Source: Candidatus Marinacidobacterales bacterium
GTDB lineage: Bacteria > Acidobacteriota > Vicinamibacteria > Marinacidobacterales > DATDRI01
Direction of reading: 5' to 3'
Length of the DNA: 64,000 nt
NCBI GenBank assembly: GCA_965226495.1
Contig: OZ245365.1
Location: 928,001-992,000 of the forward strand
Position numbers and translations under genes: made by a program. Below, in pieces: positions 9,123 through 19,629 of the stretch. A model generated the notes under the pieces. That model was not told the DNA's origin. It was given only the letters and a program-made list of their open reading frames with translations, and searched no databases. Position 1 is the first letter of the stretch; each line of letters starts with the position of its first letter.

Positions 9123-11342
9123 ATGCGAGGAAAAGGGTCTTTGCGACCGGTGCCGATTCTCCTCGTCTTCACCACCCTCCTCTTGGTCGGGCCGGAGGGG
9201 CTTGCGGCGCGCCCTCCTCTTCTTCACCAGGCCGCCGCGGAACCCGAAACGGTACTCAGCGCGGTTCCGGTATCCGAGGCTCCCAGACTCGATGGGGTTC
9301 TGGACGAGCCTCTCTGGAAGGACGCTCCTCTCTTCGACAGATTTCTCCAGCAAGTTCCGGACGAGGGGAAGCCGGCCACAGAAAGAACGGAAGTCCGGAT
9401 TGTTTACACCCGCGACAATCTGTATTTCGGGGTCACGGTCTTTTATAGCGATCCACAGAAGATCATTGCCGACGAGCTGCGTCGTGATTCCCCCGGCCGT
9501 ATGCATGTTCGAGACGATACGTTCTCCATCATCCTCGATACATTCCACGACCATCGCAACGGTTATCTCTTCACCTTCAACGCCCTCGGGGCGCGTGACG
9601 ATTGGGCTTGCACCGATGAAGGGCGCCACTGGAACCGATATTGGGATCCGGTGTGGGATGTGGCGACCCGCGTCGGACCCGAAGGGTGGTCGGCGGAAGT
9701 GGAAATTCCTTTCAAGAGCCTTCGCTATAGCGGCGAGGATGTTGAGTGGGGCATCAACTTCCGCCGCGTGGTCCTCCACAAGAACGAATGGACTTACGCG
9801 ACCGCCATCCCGGCGTCGTACTCGACCGCGGGAATCGGGAAGCTGTCCTCGGCCGGCGTACTGGAAGGGCTGGACGGTATCACCGTAAGCCGCAACCTCG
9901 AGTTCAAACCTTTCGTGACCGCGGCGGCGGTCGAGTCTCGGGCCGAGGTTACCGGAGATGTGCCCACCAGGGACGCCTTTCAGCCGGGGATCGACATCAA
10001 GTACGGGTTCACGCCCAACGTGAACCTCGATCTGACCGTGAATACCGACTTCTCGGACGTCGAGGTGGACCAACAACAGATCAACCTCACTCGCTTCGGA
10101 CTCTTTTTTCCGGAAAAGCGCGACTTCTTTCAGGAAGGCCGCGGGATCTTCGACTTCGGCGTGAGACGGGGGAGTTACCGTGTGCTGCCTTTCTTCAGTC
10201 GAAGAATCGGACTGGAGGATGGCCGCCCAGTGCCTATTCGTGGCGGGGCCCGGCTAACCGGAAAGATGGGGCACTACAGTGTGGGATTTCTCGGGATGCG
10301 TACCAAAGACGTGAGCCTCTACCCCGCGACGTCGTTCTCCGTCTTGCGGCTCAAACGAGATGTTTTTCAGAGATCGAGCGTCGGTGTACTCTTTACCGAT
10401 CGTCGCCCGACCGGACCCGTCAATTCCTCCGCCAACCAGGTGGCGGGACTCGACGCCAATTTCGCCTTCTTTTCCAAGAGCAAGGTGGATCTGTTCTGGG
10501 CCCGTAGCAGTCAGGACACTCCGGGCACGAGCCCCACGTCCTACCGCGCGCATCTTCTATTGGAAAGCGATCTGCTGGGTTTGGAAACGGACTGGATGCG
10601 GGTGGGCGATACGTTTCGTCCGGAAGTGGGGTTCGTGCAGAGAGACGACATGGACCGTCGCTTCCTTCGCCTACAAGTGAGTCCGCGGCCCGGCCAGATG
10701 GGCATCCGCAAGGTCTACTTCCGCTCGTCGCTGGACTATGTCCAGAACCTCCGGGGGCTGCTGGAAACCCGTCACCTGGCGACAGACGTCGAGGTCGAAT
10801 TCGACAGCGCCGATGTGCTCTCCTTCGCTTGGCTACGCTCTTACGAGGCTCTGGAACGACCTTTCCGGGTCGTCGGGCTCGAGATCGCCCCGGGCGAGTA
10901 CCGTTTCGACCATTGGAACACTCGTTTCGTGTCGGCCCAGCACCGCAAGGTCTCGGCAACGGTGGACCTGAGGGGCGGGGGCTTCTTCGACGGCAGCCGT
11001 CGAGACCTCAGTGCCGCCACGCTGCTCAAGGTCAACCGGCATTTATTCCTTGACCTCGACTACTCGACCAGTGATATACGTGTGTTGGCGGGAGACCTCC
11101 GCACCCACCTGGTGGCTCTGCGCAGCAGCGTTGCCCTCAACACCCGCCTGTTTGGTGCAGCACTGGTCCAGTGGAATAGCGTAAGCCGGGAATTCGGAGT
11201 CAATGTTCGCTTGCGATACATGTACCGTCCAGGAAGCGACTTTTATATCGTCTTCAACGAACGGATGACTCAGCCGGGGGGTGTCTGGTTTCTCAATGAA
11301 CGGAGCTTCATCGTCAAGTGGACTTACCTGTTCCGAGTCTAG
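9123..11342 (+). CDS. DUF5916-type outer-membrane protein with CBM9-like domain, paralog 2
   Basis: Colinear with and highly similar to 4358-6595; same motifs; start uncertain (ORF opens at 9009). Confidence 0.8.
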   Translation: MRGKGSLRPVPILLVFTTLLLVGPEGLAARPPLLHQAAAEPETVLSAVPVSEAPRLDGVLDEPLWKDAPLFDRFLQQVPDEGKPATERTEVRIVYTRDNLYFGVTVFYSDPQKIIADELRRDSPGRMHVRDDTFSIILDTFHDHRNGYLFTFNALGARDDWACTDEGRHWNRYWDPVWDVATRVGPEGWSAEVEIPFKSLRYSGEDVEWGINFRRVVLHKNEWTYATAIPASYSTAGIGKLSSAGVLEGLDGITVSRNLEFKPFVTAAAVESRAEVTGDVPTRDAFQPGIDIKYGFTPNVNLDLTVNTDFSDVEVDQQQINLTRFGLFFPEKRDFFQEGRGIFDFGVRRGSYRVLPFFSRRIGLEDGRPVPIRGGARLTGKMGHYSVGFLGMRTKDVSLYPATSFSVLRLKRDVFQRSSVGVLFTDRRPTGPVNSSANQVAGLDANFAFFSKSKVDLFWARSSQDTPGTSPTSYRAHLLLESDLLGLETDWMRVGDTFRPEVGFVQRDDMDRRFLRLQVSPRPGQMGIRKVYFRSSLDYVQNLRGLLETRHLATDVEVEFDSADVLSFAWLRSYEALERPFRVVGLEIAPGEYRFDHWNTRFVSAQHRKVSATVDLRGGGFFDGSRRDLSAATLLKVNRHLFLDLDYSTSDIRVLAGDLRTHLVALRSSVALNTRLFGAALVQWNSVSREFGVNVRLRYMYRPGSDFYIVFNERMTQPGGVWFLNERSFIVKWTYLFRV

Positions 11343-11380
11343 TGGGCCCAAGTTTCGAGTAATGAACTGAGGTGTATGGT

Positions 11381-14300
11381 ATGGAACCAATCCAGGATCG
11401 AAATTTCTCGATATGCGCGCGGTTGGCCGCAGTCCTTCTCCTAAGCGTAGTGAGTACGAGCGCGACTGCCCAAGAGCCTGAAACCTCCGGACTGGAGGCG
11501 GTGTTCTCGCCGGGTCTCATTCTTCAAGATCGCAACGGCGACGGGGTCATCGACTTCGTCGACGCCGCCATCGTTGTGGGGGAGTCGCCCACGGTTGGTG
11601 ACATAGCCGCCGCGGCCGACATCGCGGCGCGGCTCGGCTACGAGACGATGGCGATGGATATCCCGCTCGCTTCCACCGAGGAGTCGTCCGGGGTTGCGAT
11701 CCTCGTCGGGTCGGCCGCCCTCACGCGAGCCGGGCTTGCGGCCACCGAGGTCGGCCTCGCGGAATTGGAGACCGGCGAGGGCATCATCGCGCTGTTAACC
11801 GCCAATGGACGTGAGTGGTTGGTGATTGCGGGTGCCGACGAGGCGGGTACACGGACCGCGGCCGAAGTGCTGGCGGGGCGTCTACCGTATGTCTGGGACC
11901 CCGAGGGGCCCACTCTTGAAAAGGTGGTTGAGGAGCTAGGTGCCTTCCTGACCGCTCAAGAGGTTTCGGTCAGCGCGGTACAGGTCCCCTCGGTTCATGT
12001 GAAAAGCGGCGAGGAAACACTGACCAGGCTTGTCGTGACGGCGAAGCTGGGATCGGCCACCGACGTCGGCAAGGCCGAGTCCGCGTTGCGCGCGCTGGCT
12101 CGCCGCCCGGCCGAAGCGAGTGCCGACGAGGAGGCACCGCTTTCCTACGCTGGCACTCGGGTTCTGCGGGTGGTGCTCTCCGCTCCCGACACCGAGACGG
12201 TGGAGGTGGAGGTGCCGGGTGCTCGGGCGATTCCTACCCGCAAGCCCACGCCGCCTCGACCCGGATCGGATGCGAAGGCCGACCTCGATCTTTCAAACTT
12301 TTACACGCCTAAGGGGTTCCTGGGCGATTCCAACGAAGACCTGATCGCCGACCGGGTGGACGTGTTGCTGAGTCCTTCTGGGGAGGGAATCGAAGGGACG
12401 GTCGACCTTGCCGCGCGCATCGGGCTCGAGTCGGCTGGGATCCCTATTCCCATCGCTCGCGACCCGGAGGCCATCGAAGAGGCCGAAGAGCATCCGACGC
12501 TGGTTCTTATCGGCACGGACCATCCCCTCGTGCAGCAATTGGTGCAAGAGGGAAAGCTCCAGCTACCTACCCTTGAGGCGGGCCAGGGTCTCATTCAAGT
12601 GGTACCCAAAGCATTTGGCGACAAGAGTGCAGTGGTGGTGACCGGGGGTGACGGGGCCGGTGTGGCCCGGGCGCTCGAACAAGTTGCCGAGCGGTTCCCC
12701 AACGTCTGGGAGCGGGGCAAGGATCGGACCACGATCGATAGCGTCGAGGAGGACGCGCGGCGCTTCCTGTCGGGTCGATCCCCTTCCGGGCAGGCGGCTA
12801 CCGCTTTGTACAAGCTGGAGAAGTTGGTGCAGAAACTGTCAGGGAAGGATCTGGAGTCGGCCCACGTCGTGGTCTCTGTCGAGAAGCCCGCAGACGGTTT
12901 CGAGCAGGTGGTGCGCGAGCAAGCGGAAGCGCTCGGGGCGGACTCCCTGGAGGTGACCGTCGATAACCGGGATGTCGAGAAGGCCGCGATCATCTTCGAG
13001 GAGGAGTTCGAGGTGGCCTCGGAGGTAGAGGCGTTCTGGGGGGTCTTCCGTTCGGAGGTCGTTTCGAAGGTCCGGAGGGGGCAGCCGGTGGTGGTGGAAG
13101 TGCGGCTGAGCGAGTCGCCGGAGGTCCGGGCGAAGCTCGAAGGACAGGCGAGGGCGGAGCTGATCCTCGCCGGTGCCGCGGAGGTGGGGACCGAGGTCAC
13201 TGTTCTTTCCGCCTACAAACAAGGCTACAGCTGGCTGTACGACGTGGTGCGTCCGGCGCTCGAAGGTAAAACGATCGATCATTTGACCATTCGCTTTGCC
13301 GAGTCCGGACCGCCGCCGGAGTGGAAACAACAGGCAATGTACACCCCGTCACGGTGGCTGTTGGAGCTCTACCCCATCGACGAGATATTGGCCAGGGAGC
13401 TGAAGCTCGATTTGGATCAGATCGGCTTCGAGATGATGCCCATTGACGCCCCCACCTATGAGGCGATTGCCACCGCGCCGGATGGGACCGAGATCCTGCG
13501 GTCGACGTTCGAGCCCAAGTTCGTGCTGCGGTCGTTCTTCGACCGCTTCCCCGATTACGAGAAAGTCCGGGTGACCACCGGATGGATCACCGCTCGGGTG
13601 GGAAACGACACGATCGTGGATCGCAGGATCGTCACCGACGTCGAGCGCTTCTGGGACCACTACCAGGCAAAGACCCTGCCGGCCGTCTACGACTACATAA
13701 TGAAGAATTCCAAGGGCAAGCCTAGGAAGGCCGACGCACCCCATTTTGGAAAGCTCGTCGTGGAGCTGACTCTCAGCGAGCCCGACTACTTGATCGACAT
13801 CGATCGGGAGATCATCGCCTCCATGGAGGCGATGCACGAGGAAATCTACTTCCACACCCTCCACTTCTTTGATGTGCTGGGCCGTTTTACGCGCGGCGAA
13901 GCGCTCGACTACATCGGGCGAGTCATCCCCATCATGCGTCCCAAGGGAGATGGCAAGGCGGGGCAGGCCAAGATCACCTTCTCTGGCTTCCGTACCAACC
14001 GCCCAGCGGTGGTCATCGAATATACGGAGCGCGGCGGCCAGCGCGGTGAGGCGCGCCTCGACGTCCCCAAAGTAAAGGTGAAAAAGCCCCAGGCGCTTGC
14101 CGCCCTGGTCCGGGCCGGCCAGCCCGGTCTCGAGCGTCTCGATCTGCGCGTCAAAGTCGACACCGAGACGGACGAACGCGACGAGCTCGTGAAACGAGCG
14201 CGTGCAGAACAGGTGGATGAACAGATCATTTCGGCCGAGCAGGTGGGGGCGATCCTGGCCAACCTGGAGCGGCTGCGTGGGGCGGGTCTTTACCGGGACG

Positions 14301-15610
14301 CCTTGGCGTACCACGACCTCGGCGTCCTAACGATGGCCGCTAGCTGGGAACACGAGGTGGACCCGGCAACAGAAGTACGGTTCTCACTCGATCGGAGCGG
14401 TGTGCCGGAACCCTTCCCTGACATCCGTGCCGTGCTGCCTACCGGATACAGATACGAAGGCGGGCCCATCGTGCAGTGGGATACACCCATTCCTCCGGGG
14501 GAGGCGGCCGAGCTGGTAGCCAAATTGTCCACGTTCGACGAAGTCAACGCTTACAAACTCGGCGAGAGCTACCTGGGCACGGACATCTGGGCCATGGACC
14601 TCATGCCGCCCATCGAGGCGTCTCACTGGTCCCACGCCAAGGCCACCACGCTCAAACCCACGATCGTTTACTCCGGTCGCCAAGACGCCAACGAGGTATC
14701 GTCGACGAGCCACCTCTTGAAGCTCTCCGAGATGCTCTTGACCGAGCCGGAGTTCAGGAAGAAGCTCGACCGGGTGAACGTGGTGGTGCACCCCATCACC
14801 AACCCGGGTGGTGCCCAGCTCGCCTACGATCTCTACAAGATCACTCCTGATTACATGCTTCATGCCGGGTACTTGGGTCCGCTGGGGGTCAGCCTGGTCA
14901 CCCGCTGGGACCCCGATCCGATTTATCCGGAATCGAAGCACCGCGTACACTTGTGGCAGACGTGGCTCCCGGACATCTTTCTCAATCCTCATGGGTACCC
15001 TTCGCACGAATGGGTACAGCTCTTCTCCGAGTATGCCGCATGGGTGCGTAATCGAGCCACTGAATCGCGTGACTGGTGGGGAACTCGTGGCTGGTTCATC
15101 CCAAGTTTCAATTACCTCGATGACGCCAAGTATCCTCGGCACAAGGAGGCGGCGTTCCAGATTCGCGAGCGGATCACCGAGTACATCAACGCCGTCCCCG
15201 ATGTCAGGGCCCTCAACCAGCGCAACTACGCTCGGTACCAGCGCTATGGCTTCGCGCACGACCCAGAAAACTTCAAGTTGGATTTCACCAATGAAGTGCT
15301 GATCTACAGCGCGATCAAGGGATGGGAAGCCGATCCGGGTACAAGGGACACGGTGGGCGACAACTTCATGGTCAGAAACCCGAAGGTGACGATTTTTTAC
15401 GGAGCGACCGAAGCGCCCGACGAAACGGCCTATGGTGACTGGATGACGCTCGTCGCGACGGCGGGTCTACAGTGGGACAAGGCCAACCTGGACTACCTGG
15501 TTGAAGGTGACCACGCGGTGGAAAGAAAGGCGAAGACGTTCTTTGGTGGGATAAGCCTCAGCATGCACCGTCCCCGGCCACCGAAGCCGAAGGAGGAGGG
15601 GATCCAGTAG
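11381..15610 (+). CDS. Giant exported M14-family protein, paralog 2 (first Zn ligand His->Asp)
   Basis: Paralog of 96-4292; signal peptide ending ATA-Q; motifs read GRQDANE, HPITNPGG, NPHGYP, TEAPDET. Confidence 0.85.
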   Translation: MEPIQDRNFSICARLAAVLLLSVVSTSATAQEPETSGLEAVFSPGLILQDRNGDGVIDFVDAAIVVGESPTVGDIAAAADIAARLGYETMAMDIPLASTEESSGVAILVGSAALTRAGLAATEVGLAELETGEGIIALLTANGREWLVIAGADEAGTRTAAEVLAGRLPYVWDPEGPTLEKVVEELGAFLTAQEVSVSAVQVPSVHVKSGEETLTRLVVTAKLGSATDVGKAESALRALARRPAEASADEEAPLSYAGTRVLRVVLSAPDTETVEVEVPGARAIPTRKPTPPRPGSDAKADLDLSNFYTPKGFLGDSNEDLIADRVDVLLSPSGEGIEGTVDLAARIGLESAGIPIPIARDPEAIEEAEEHPTLVLIGTDHPLVQQLVQEGKLQLPTLEAGQGLIQVVPKAFGDKSAVVVTGGDGAGVARALEQVAERFPNVWERGKDRTTIDSVEEDARRFLSGRSPSGQAATALYKLEKLVQKLSGKDLESAHVVVSVEKPADGFEQVVREQAEALGADSLEVTVDNRDVEKAAIIFEEEFEVASEVEAFWGVFRSEVVSKVRRGQPVVVEVRLSESPEVRAKLEGQARAELILAGAAEVGTEVTVLSAYKQGYSWLYDVVRPALEGKTIDHLTIRFAESGPPPEWKQQAMYTPSRWLLELYPIDEILARELKLDLDQIGFEMMPIDAPTYEAIATAPDGTEILRSTFEPKFVLRSFFDRFPDYEKVRVTTGWITARVGNDTIVDRRIVTDVERFWDHYQAKTLPAVYDYIMKNSKGKPRKADAPHFGKLVVELTLSEPDYLIDIDREIIASMEAMHEEIYFHTLHFFDVLGRFTRGEALDYIGRVIPIMRPKGDGKAGQAKITFSGFRTNRPAVVIEYTERGGQRGEARLDVPKVKVKKPQALAALVRAGQPGLERLDLRVKVDTETDERDELVKRARAEQVDEQIISAEQVGAILANLERLRGAGLYRDALAYHDLGVLTMAASWEHEVDPATEVRFSLDRSGVPEPFPDIRAVLPTGYRYEGGPIVQWDTPIPPGEAAELVAKLSTFDEVNAYKLGESYLGTDIWAMDLMPPIEASHWSHAKATTLKPTIVYSGRQDANEVSSTSHLLKLSEMLLTEPEFRKKLDRVNVVVHPITNPGGAQLAYDLYKITPDYMLHAGYLGPLGVSLVTRWDPDPIYPESKHRVHLWQTWLPDIFLNPHGYPSHEWVQLFSEYAAWVRNRATESRDWWGTRGWFIPSFNYLDDAKYPRHKEAAFQIRERITEYINAVPDVRALNQRNYARYQRYGFAHDPENFKLDFTNEVLIYSAIKGWEADPGTRDTVGDNFMVRNPKVTIFYGATEAPDETAYGDWMTLVATAGLQWDKANLDYLVEGDHAVERKAKTFFGGISLSMHRPRPPKPKEEGIQ

Positions 15611-15953
15611 GCCGAGCATTCGGGTCATCCGACATTCGGGCGAGGTTCGGGCGCGCCGGTCCTTCTGGGTCGTCAGAATATGCTCATTAACATTTGGCTC
15701 GATTGCCGGGTGTACTGTTTTGGAAAAAAAGATCGAAAAAAGACTTGACAGGTTTTCGGAGGCCCTTTCGAAAAGCGATACGTCGTCCGCGTAAACGCCT
15801 TCCTGGAACGCCCACACGCCCTCTCCCCCTCCTTTCTCCAAGATTTGAGCACCTTCTTAATTTTAGTCGTTTGCGCCCGTCTGACGACGGCTGAGGATCC
15901 AGAAAAACCCGTTGCTATAGTTGGGGAATAGAGAATCGAAAGAGGGGGCAACG

Positions 15954-17093
15954 GTGATCATCGAAAAAATCAAGACCTACTTTGGAACGCTCGAAGGTCT
16001 CTCCACCGAAGAGCTCGACCGCTCCGCCGAAAAGCTGGTCCGTGCCGAGAAACGAAACGTAGCCCTGGTCATCGCTCACATCGCGGAGATGTCGAGAAGA
16101 AAGGGCCACCTCGAGCGCGGCTACAAGAATCTTTTCGACTATTGCACGAGGCGGCTGCATCTGAGCGAAGGCTCGGTCGCCTTGCGGATTCAGGTGGCCA
16201 ACGTCGCATTACGTTTCCCTCAGATACTCCTGGCGCTGGCTGAGAACCGGATGAGTCTAACCGTGGCGGGTCTCCTCGCGCCCGTCCTCACAGAGAGCAA
16301 CGTCGCGAAGCTTCTCGCGGATTGCGACGGAATGACCAAGCGGGAGGCCGAGGAATACCTCGTCGCGCTCCGGCCCAAGCCCATCTTCGCGCCCTCGATT
16401 CGAAAAACACCCTCTCGGCCGCCTTTCACGTCGCCACCGAAGTTGCTAGTCACGTCTCCCCCGAAGTCTCCCGCGGTCCAGGAGACCAGGGGCGCGCGCC
16501 CGGATTTCCGAACGTCGCCGAGCATCCTCGAGCCGGCAAGACCGGAGCTCTACAACTTCCGCTTTGCCGCTGATCGAAAGTTCAAGGAGAAGTTCGAGCG
16601 CCTGGCGGAAGTCCTCGGGATCGAAAACCCTCTACAACATATGACCGCGATCATGGAGCAGGCCCTGGACATCGCGCTCGACAAGAAGGACCTCAAGAGA
16701 AAGCGCGCACGGCGGCTCCAAAGGGAGGAGGAGCGGACCACGGAGCCGACCCAGGAAGAATCTTGTCTGGACAAGGTTTCTGCGAGGGAGCAGAAACCAG
16801 TCTCCCGCTACATCCCGTCAGCGGTCCGCGAGCGCGTCCACGAGCGGGCTGGCCATCAATGCGAATTCCAAGCTCGGGACGGGACCCGTTGTCGCTCGCG
16901 AACGAGACTCCAGATCGAGCACGTGCGGCCCTTTGCTTTGTATCGAAGCCACGACGAGAGATTCCTCCGGCTTCACTGCCCTCCGCACAACCGTTTGAGC
17001 GCAGAAAGGGTTTTCGGGGTCGCGTTCATCCAGGAGAAGATCGATGCCTCTCGGCGGAAGCCCTCGCCGAATGCCCGTGCCGACTCATCGTAG
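15954..17093 (+). CDS. HNH-endonuclease-domain protein with long helical N-terminus
   Basis: C-terminal SRYIPSAVRERV..HQCEF..GTRC..LQIEHVRP..LHCPPHN; GTG start after AGAGGGG; TGCTATAGT (-10-like) at ~15913. Confidence 0.7.
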   Translation: MIIEKIKTYFGTLEGLSTEELDRSAEKLVRAEKRNVALVIAHIAEMSRRKGHLERGYKNLFDYCTRRLHLSEGSVALRIQVANVALRFPQILLALAENRMSLTVAGLLAPVLTESNVAKLLADCDGMTKREAEEYLVALRPKPIFAPSIRKTPSRPPFTSPPKLLVTSPPKSPAVQETRGARPDFRTSPSILEPARPELYNFRFAADRKFKEKFERLAEVLGIENPLQHMTAIMEQALDIALDKKDLKRKRARRLQREEERTTEPTQEESCLDKVSAREQKPVSRYIPSAVRERVHERAGHQCEFQARDGTRCRSRTRLQIEHVRPFALYRSHDERFLRLHCPPHNRLSAERVFGVAFIQEKIDASRRKPSPNARADSS

Positions 17094-17242
17094 CCAACAA
17101 CCTGCCGCCCCTCACCCGAGCCGTGAAGGAAGCGATTGAGAACAAGCGATTCAGTGCCGATTCGCCTGTTACCGTCCACTAAATACTCGCCTATCGAAGC
17201 AGAGCGCGAGTGTCCCCTTTTCGCCAGGTGGGCAGCGGCTCG

Positions 17243-19393
17243 CTACCAGATGAAACGAAACGCTATCTCGGCTTGCCTCCCAGGCTTGGCGGTCAGGATC
17301 TGTCCGAACGATGGGGAAAGAGAGTTTTCTATGTTCGGGGTTGCAACGTTAAGTCCTTGGCGCGTACCTAGATTGACGTTGCTGAAGACATTAAACACCT
17401 GAAAGATGACCTCTAAGGCTGTCCCACGACCGGTTGGAATCTGTTTACTCACGCGCAAATCCAGGTTGAGAAACCGGCTGCTATCGATCTGGTCGGGAGA
17501 GACCGGCCCCAATCCGTTCTCGGCCCTCCAAGCATTCACCAAGGAAAGGTCGAGATCGCGGTTCCCCTGGTTGCGGGTGGTGCCCGGCACGTAGTCGCCA
17601 GCCCTGCCGGTGGCAAAGCCGTCCCCATTGAGATCCCTGCCTGCTTTCGCACTAAAGGGCATCGTCGTGCGCCAGGTGAAGATTCCCGACAGCCCGATGT
17701 CGTAAGGGAGATCCACGAAGCCGGAGGCCACTAGCATGTGCCGACGGTCAATATCGAAGGGCCCGTAATCCGCGTCCCGATCCAGCTGATTCACGAAACG
17801 TCCACTCGGCTTGTTATCGTGTCCCTTCTGGAAGGTGTAGCTCAGCAGGTACTGATAGTTGTCCCGGTAGCGCCTCTCGAGCCTTATGTATAGGCCCTTG
17901 TAGTCGCTCTCGGAGATGGACTCGTGCTGGTCGATTCGGCCGAACTCGGGAATGGGCCGCCGGCGGGTGATCGGATCCCTTGGGTTCAGGTCGACCCTCT
18001 TTCGGTGGTCCCGGACACGTGTGTGCAGGAAGTCCGCGTTGAACGAAAATCCTGGCGAGAGCTCCTTCTCGAAACCCAGGTTCAGCTGCTGCGACCAGGG
18101 ATTGTGAAAGTCTTCGGCCAAAAAGCTGACGTTGGGTGGACTCGAGACCGCAAACAACAGAGGGTCCTGGTCCCGGTAGGGATCGGGAAAGCCTGGATTA
18201 CTGATCCGGAGAGACAAAACGCCAAAGTTTCGCCACTCTTGGAAGTTGGCCAAGGTGCGGATGTTGTCGTAGTAGATGCCGTATCCGCCACGGATCACCG
18301 TCTTGGCGTCACCGACTGGGTCATAGGCGAAGCCAAAGCGGGGCCCAAAGTTGTTCTTGTCTCCCCTGTCTTTTGGATTGGGCTGGAAGGGAATGGGGCG
18401 GACGTTGGCGGAAAGCGCGGCGACGACATCGGGTGGGACGGGGGGGTCTCGGCCTTCGACGAGGGGATAGTCGTTGACATCCAGCCGCTCATTGAAGGAG
18501 CCATACTGCCGGTCGTAGCGGATCCCGAGGTTGAAGGTCAGTTTTGAGTTCGGCGACCAGTCGTCCTGGAAATAAAAGGCCAAGTGCTGTGAGTCGACCC
18601 GGGTATAGATTTCCGGCAAAAAGTTGACGTACAAGATCGGATGAGTGGTGGGATCGTCCGGATCGAAGGGCCGGTTGGTGGCGAAGATGTACGTTCCTCC
18701 GTCAGGAGTCAGTGCGACGCTGTCCTCAAAGGGAATATGGCTGAAGTCGACACCCATCTTGAAGTTGTGCTCGCCTCCCCAGTCGCTCTGGAAGTAGGTA
18801 AAGTCGTCGCGGAACTCCCAGCGATGCTCGGGTCCAAGCTCGTCGAAGTTGGTACCGTCGACGACATTGGGACGCACGATCTGGCCCTGGATGTTGTCTA
18901 ACCGTTGCTGAGGAAACTCGGCCACCTTGGTAAAGATCGGAGTTCCGGAGGGAGCGAGCTGGTACATGGAGAAGGCCCGCTGGAACTTGAACTCGTTCAG
19001 GGCCTGCGCACTGAGGATCGAAGTCAGTCCGACGACCAGCGCCTTCCGAGGGATCTGGAGGTCGGAGCCTGCATTTTCCCTTCGCGTGCCGCCACAGTTA
19101 AAGCAGCCCGCGAATTCATCCTGCTGTGCGTAGCGGGCGAAGAGGTTATGGTTCTCCGAGATCGTTTGATCCCATCGAATCGAGAAGAGGTTCCGCCAGA
19201 ACTCTCTGGGAAAGGCTCCGTCGAAATGCGGGAACACTCCACCCGTGTTCACCGTAAAGGCTTCCTCCTGGTCCGTCCTTTCGACAGCCACATAAAAGTG
19301 ACTCTTGTCCTGTACGATCGGCCCTCCCAGGCTACCTGTGGTTCGCCAATACTCGATCGCCACTAGACTGAGTCGTTGCGGAAGATCGCTCAA
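17243..19393 (-). pseudogene. Oar-like TonB-dependent receptor, 5'-truncated (barrel portion only)
   Basis: Homology starts at GSLGGPIVQDK; YFQDDW, NLGIRYD, NNFGPRFGFAYD, VIRGGYGIYYD, C-terminal FRFIW; no signal peptide, N-terminal domain or plug upstream. Confidence 0.7.
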
Positions 19394-19629
19394 TCATAAT
19401 CCTCGACCGTAAAATTTGAGGAGGACGGCCGACGTGTGCCTTCACGTCCAAAAACCTCCCCACTTACCGCTTTTCGCAACGTCTTTGCCTCTCTACCCAG
19501 GCTTCTGCTATCCTCGCCGCGATACAAACGGCCTCACAACCTCGCCAGAGCTGGGAAACTCGACGCGGACCGGAGTCGGATAGGTATTGAATGCTCCTAA
19601 TTTTTCTTGTCCGCATTTAGGAGGGATTC

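Noticed and set aside
15745-15775. Perfect TTGACA upstream of the HNH gene
   Set aside because: No -10 hexamer at 16-18 bp spacing
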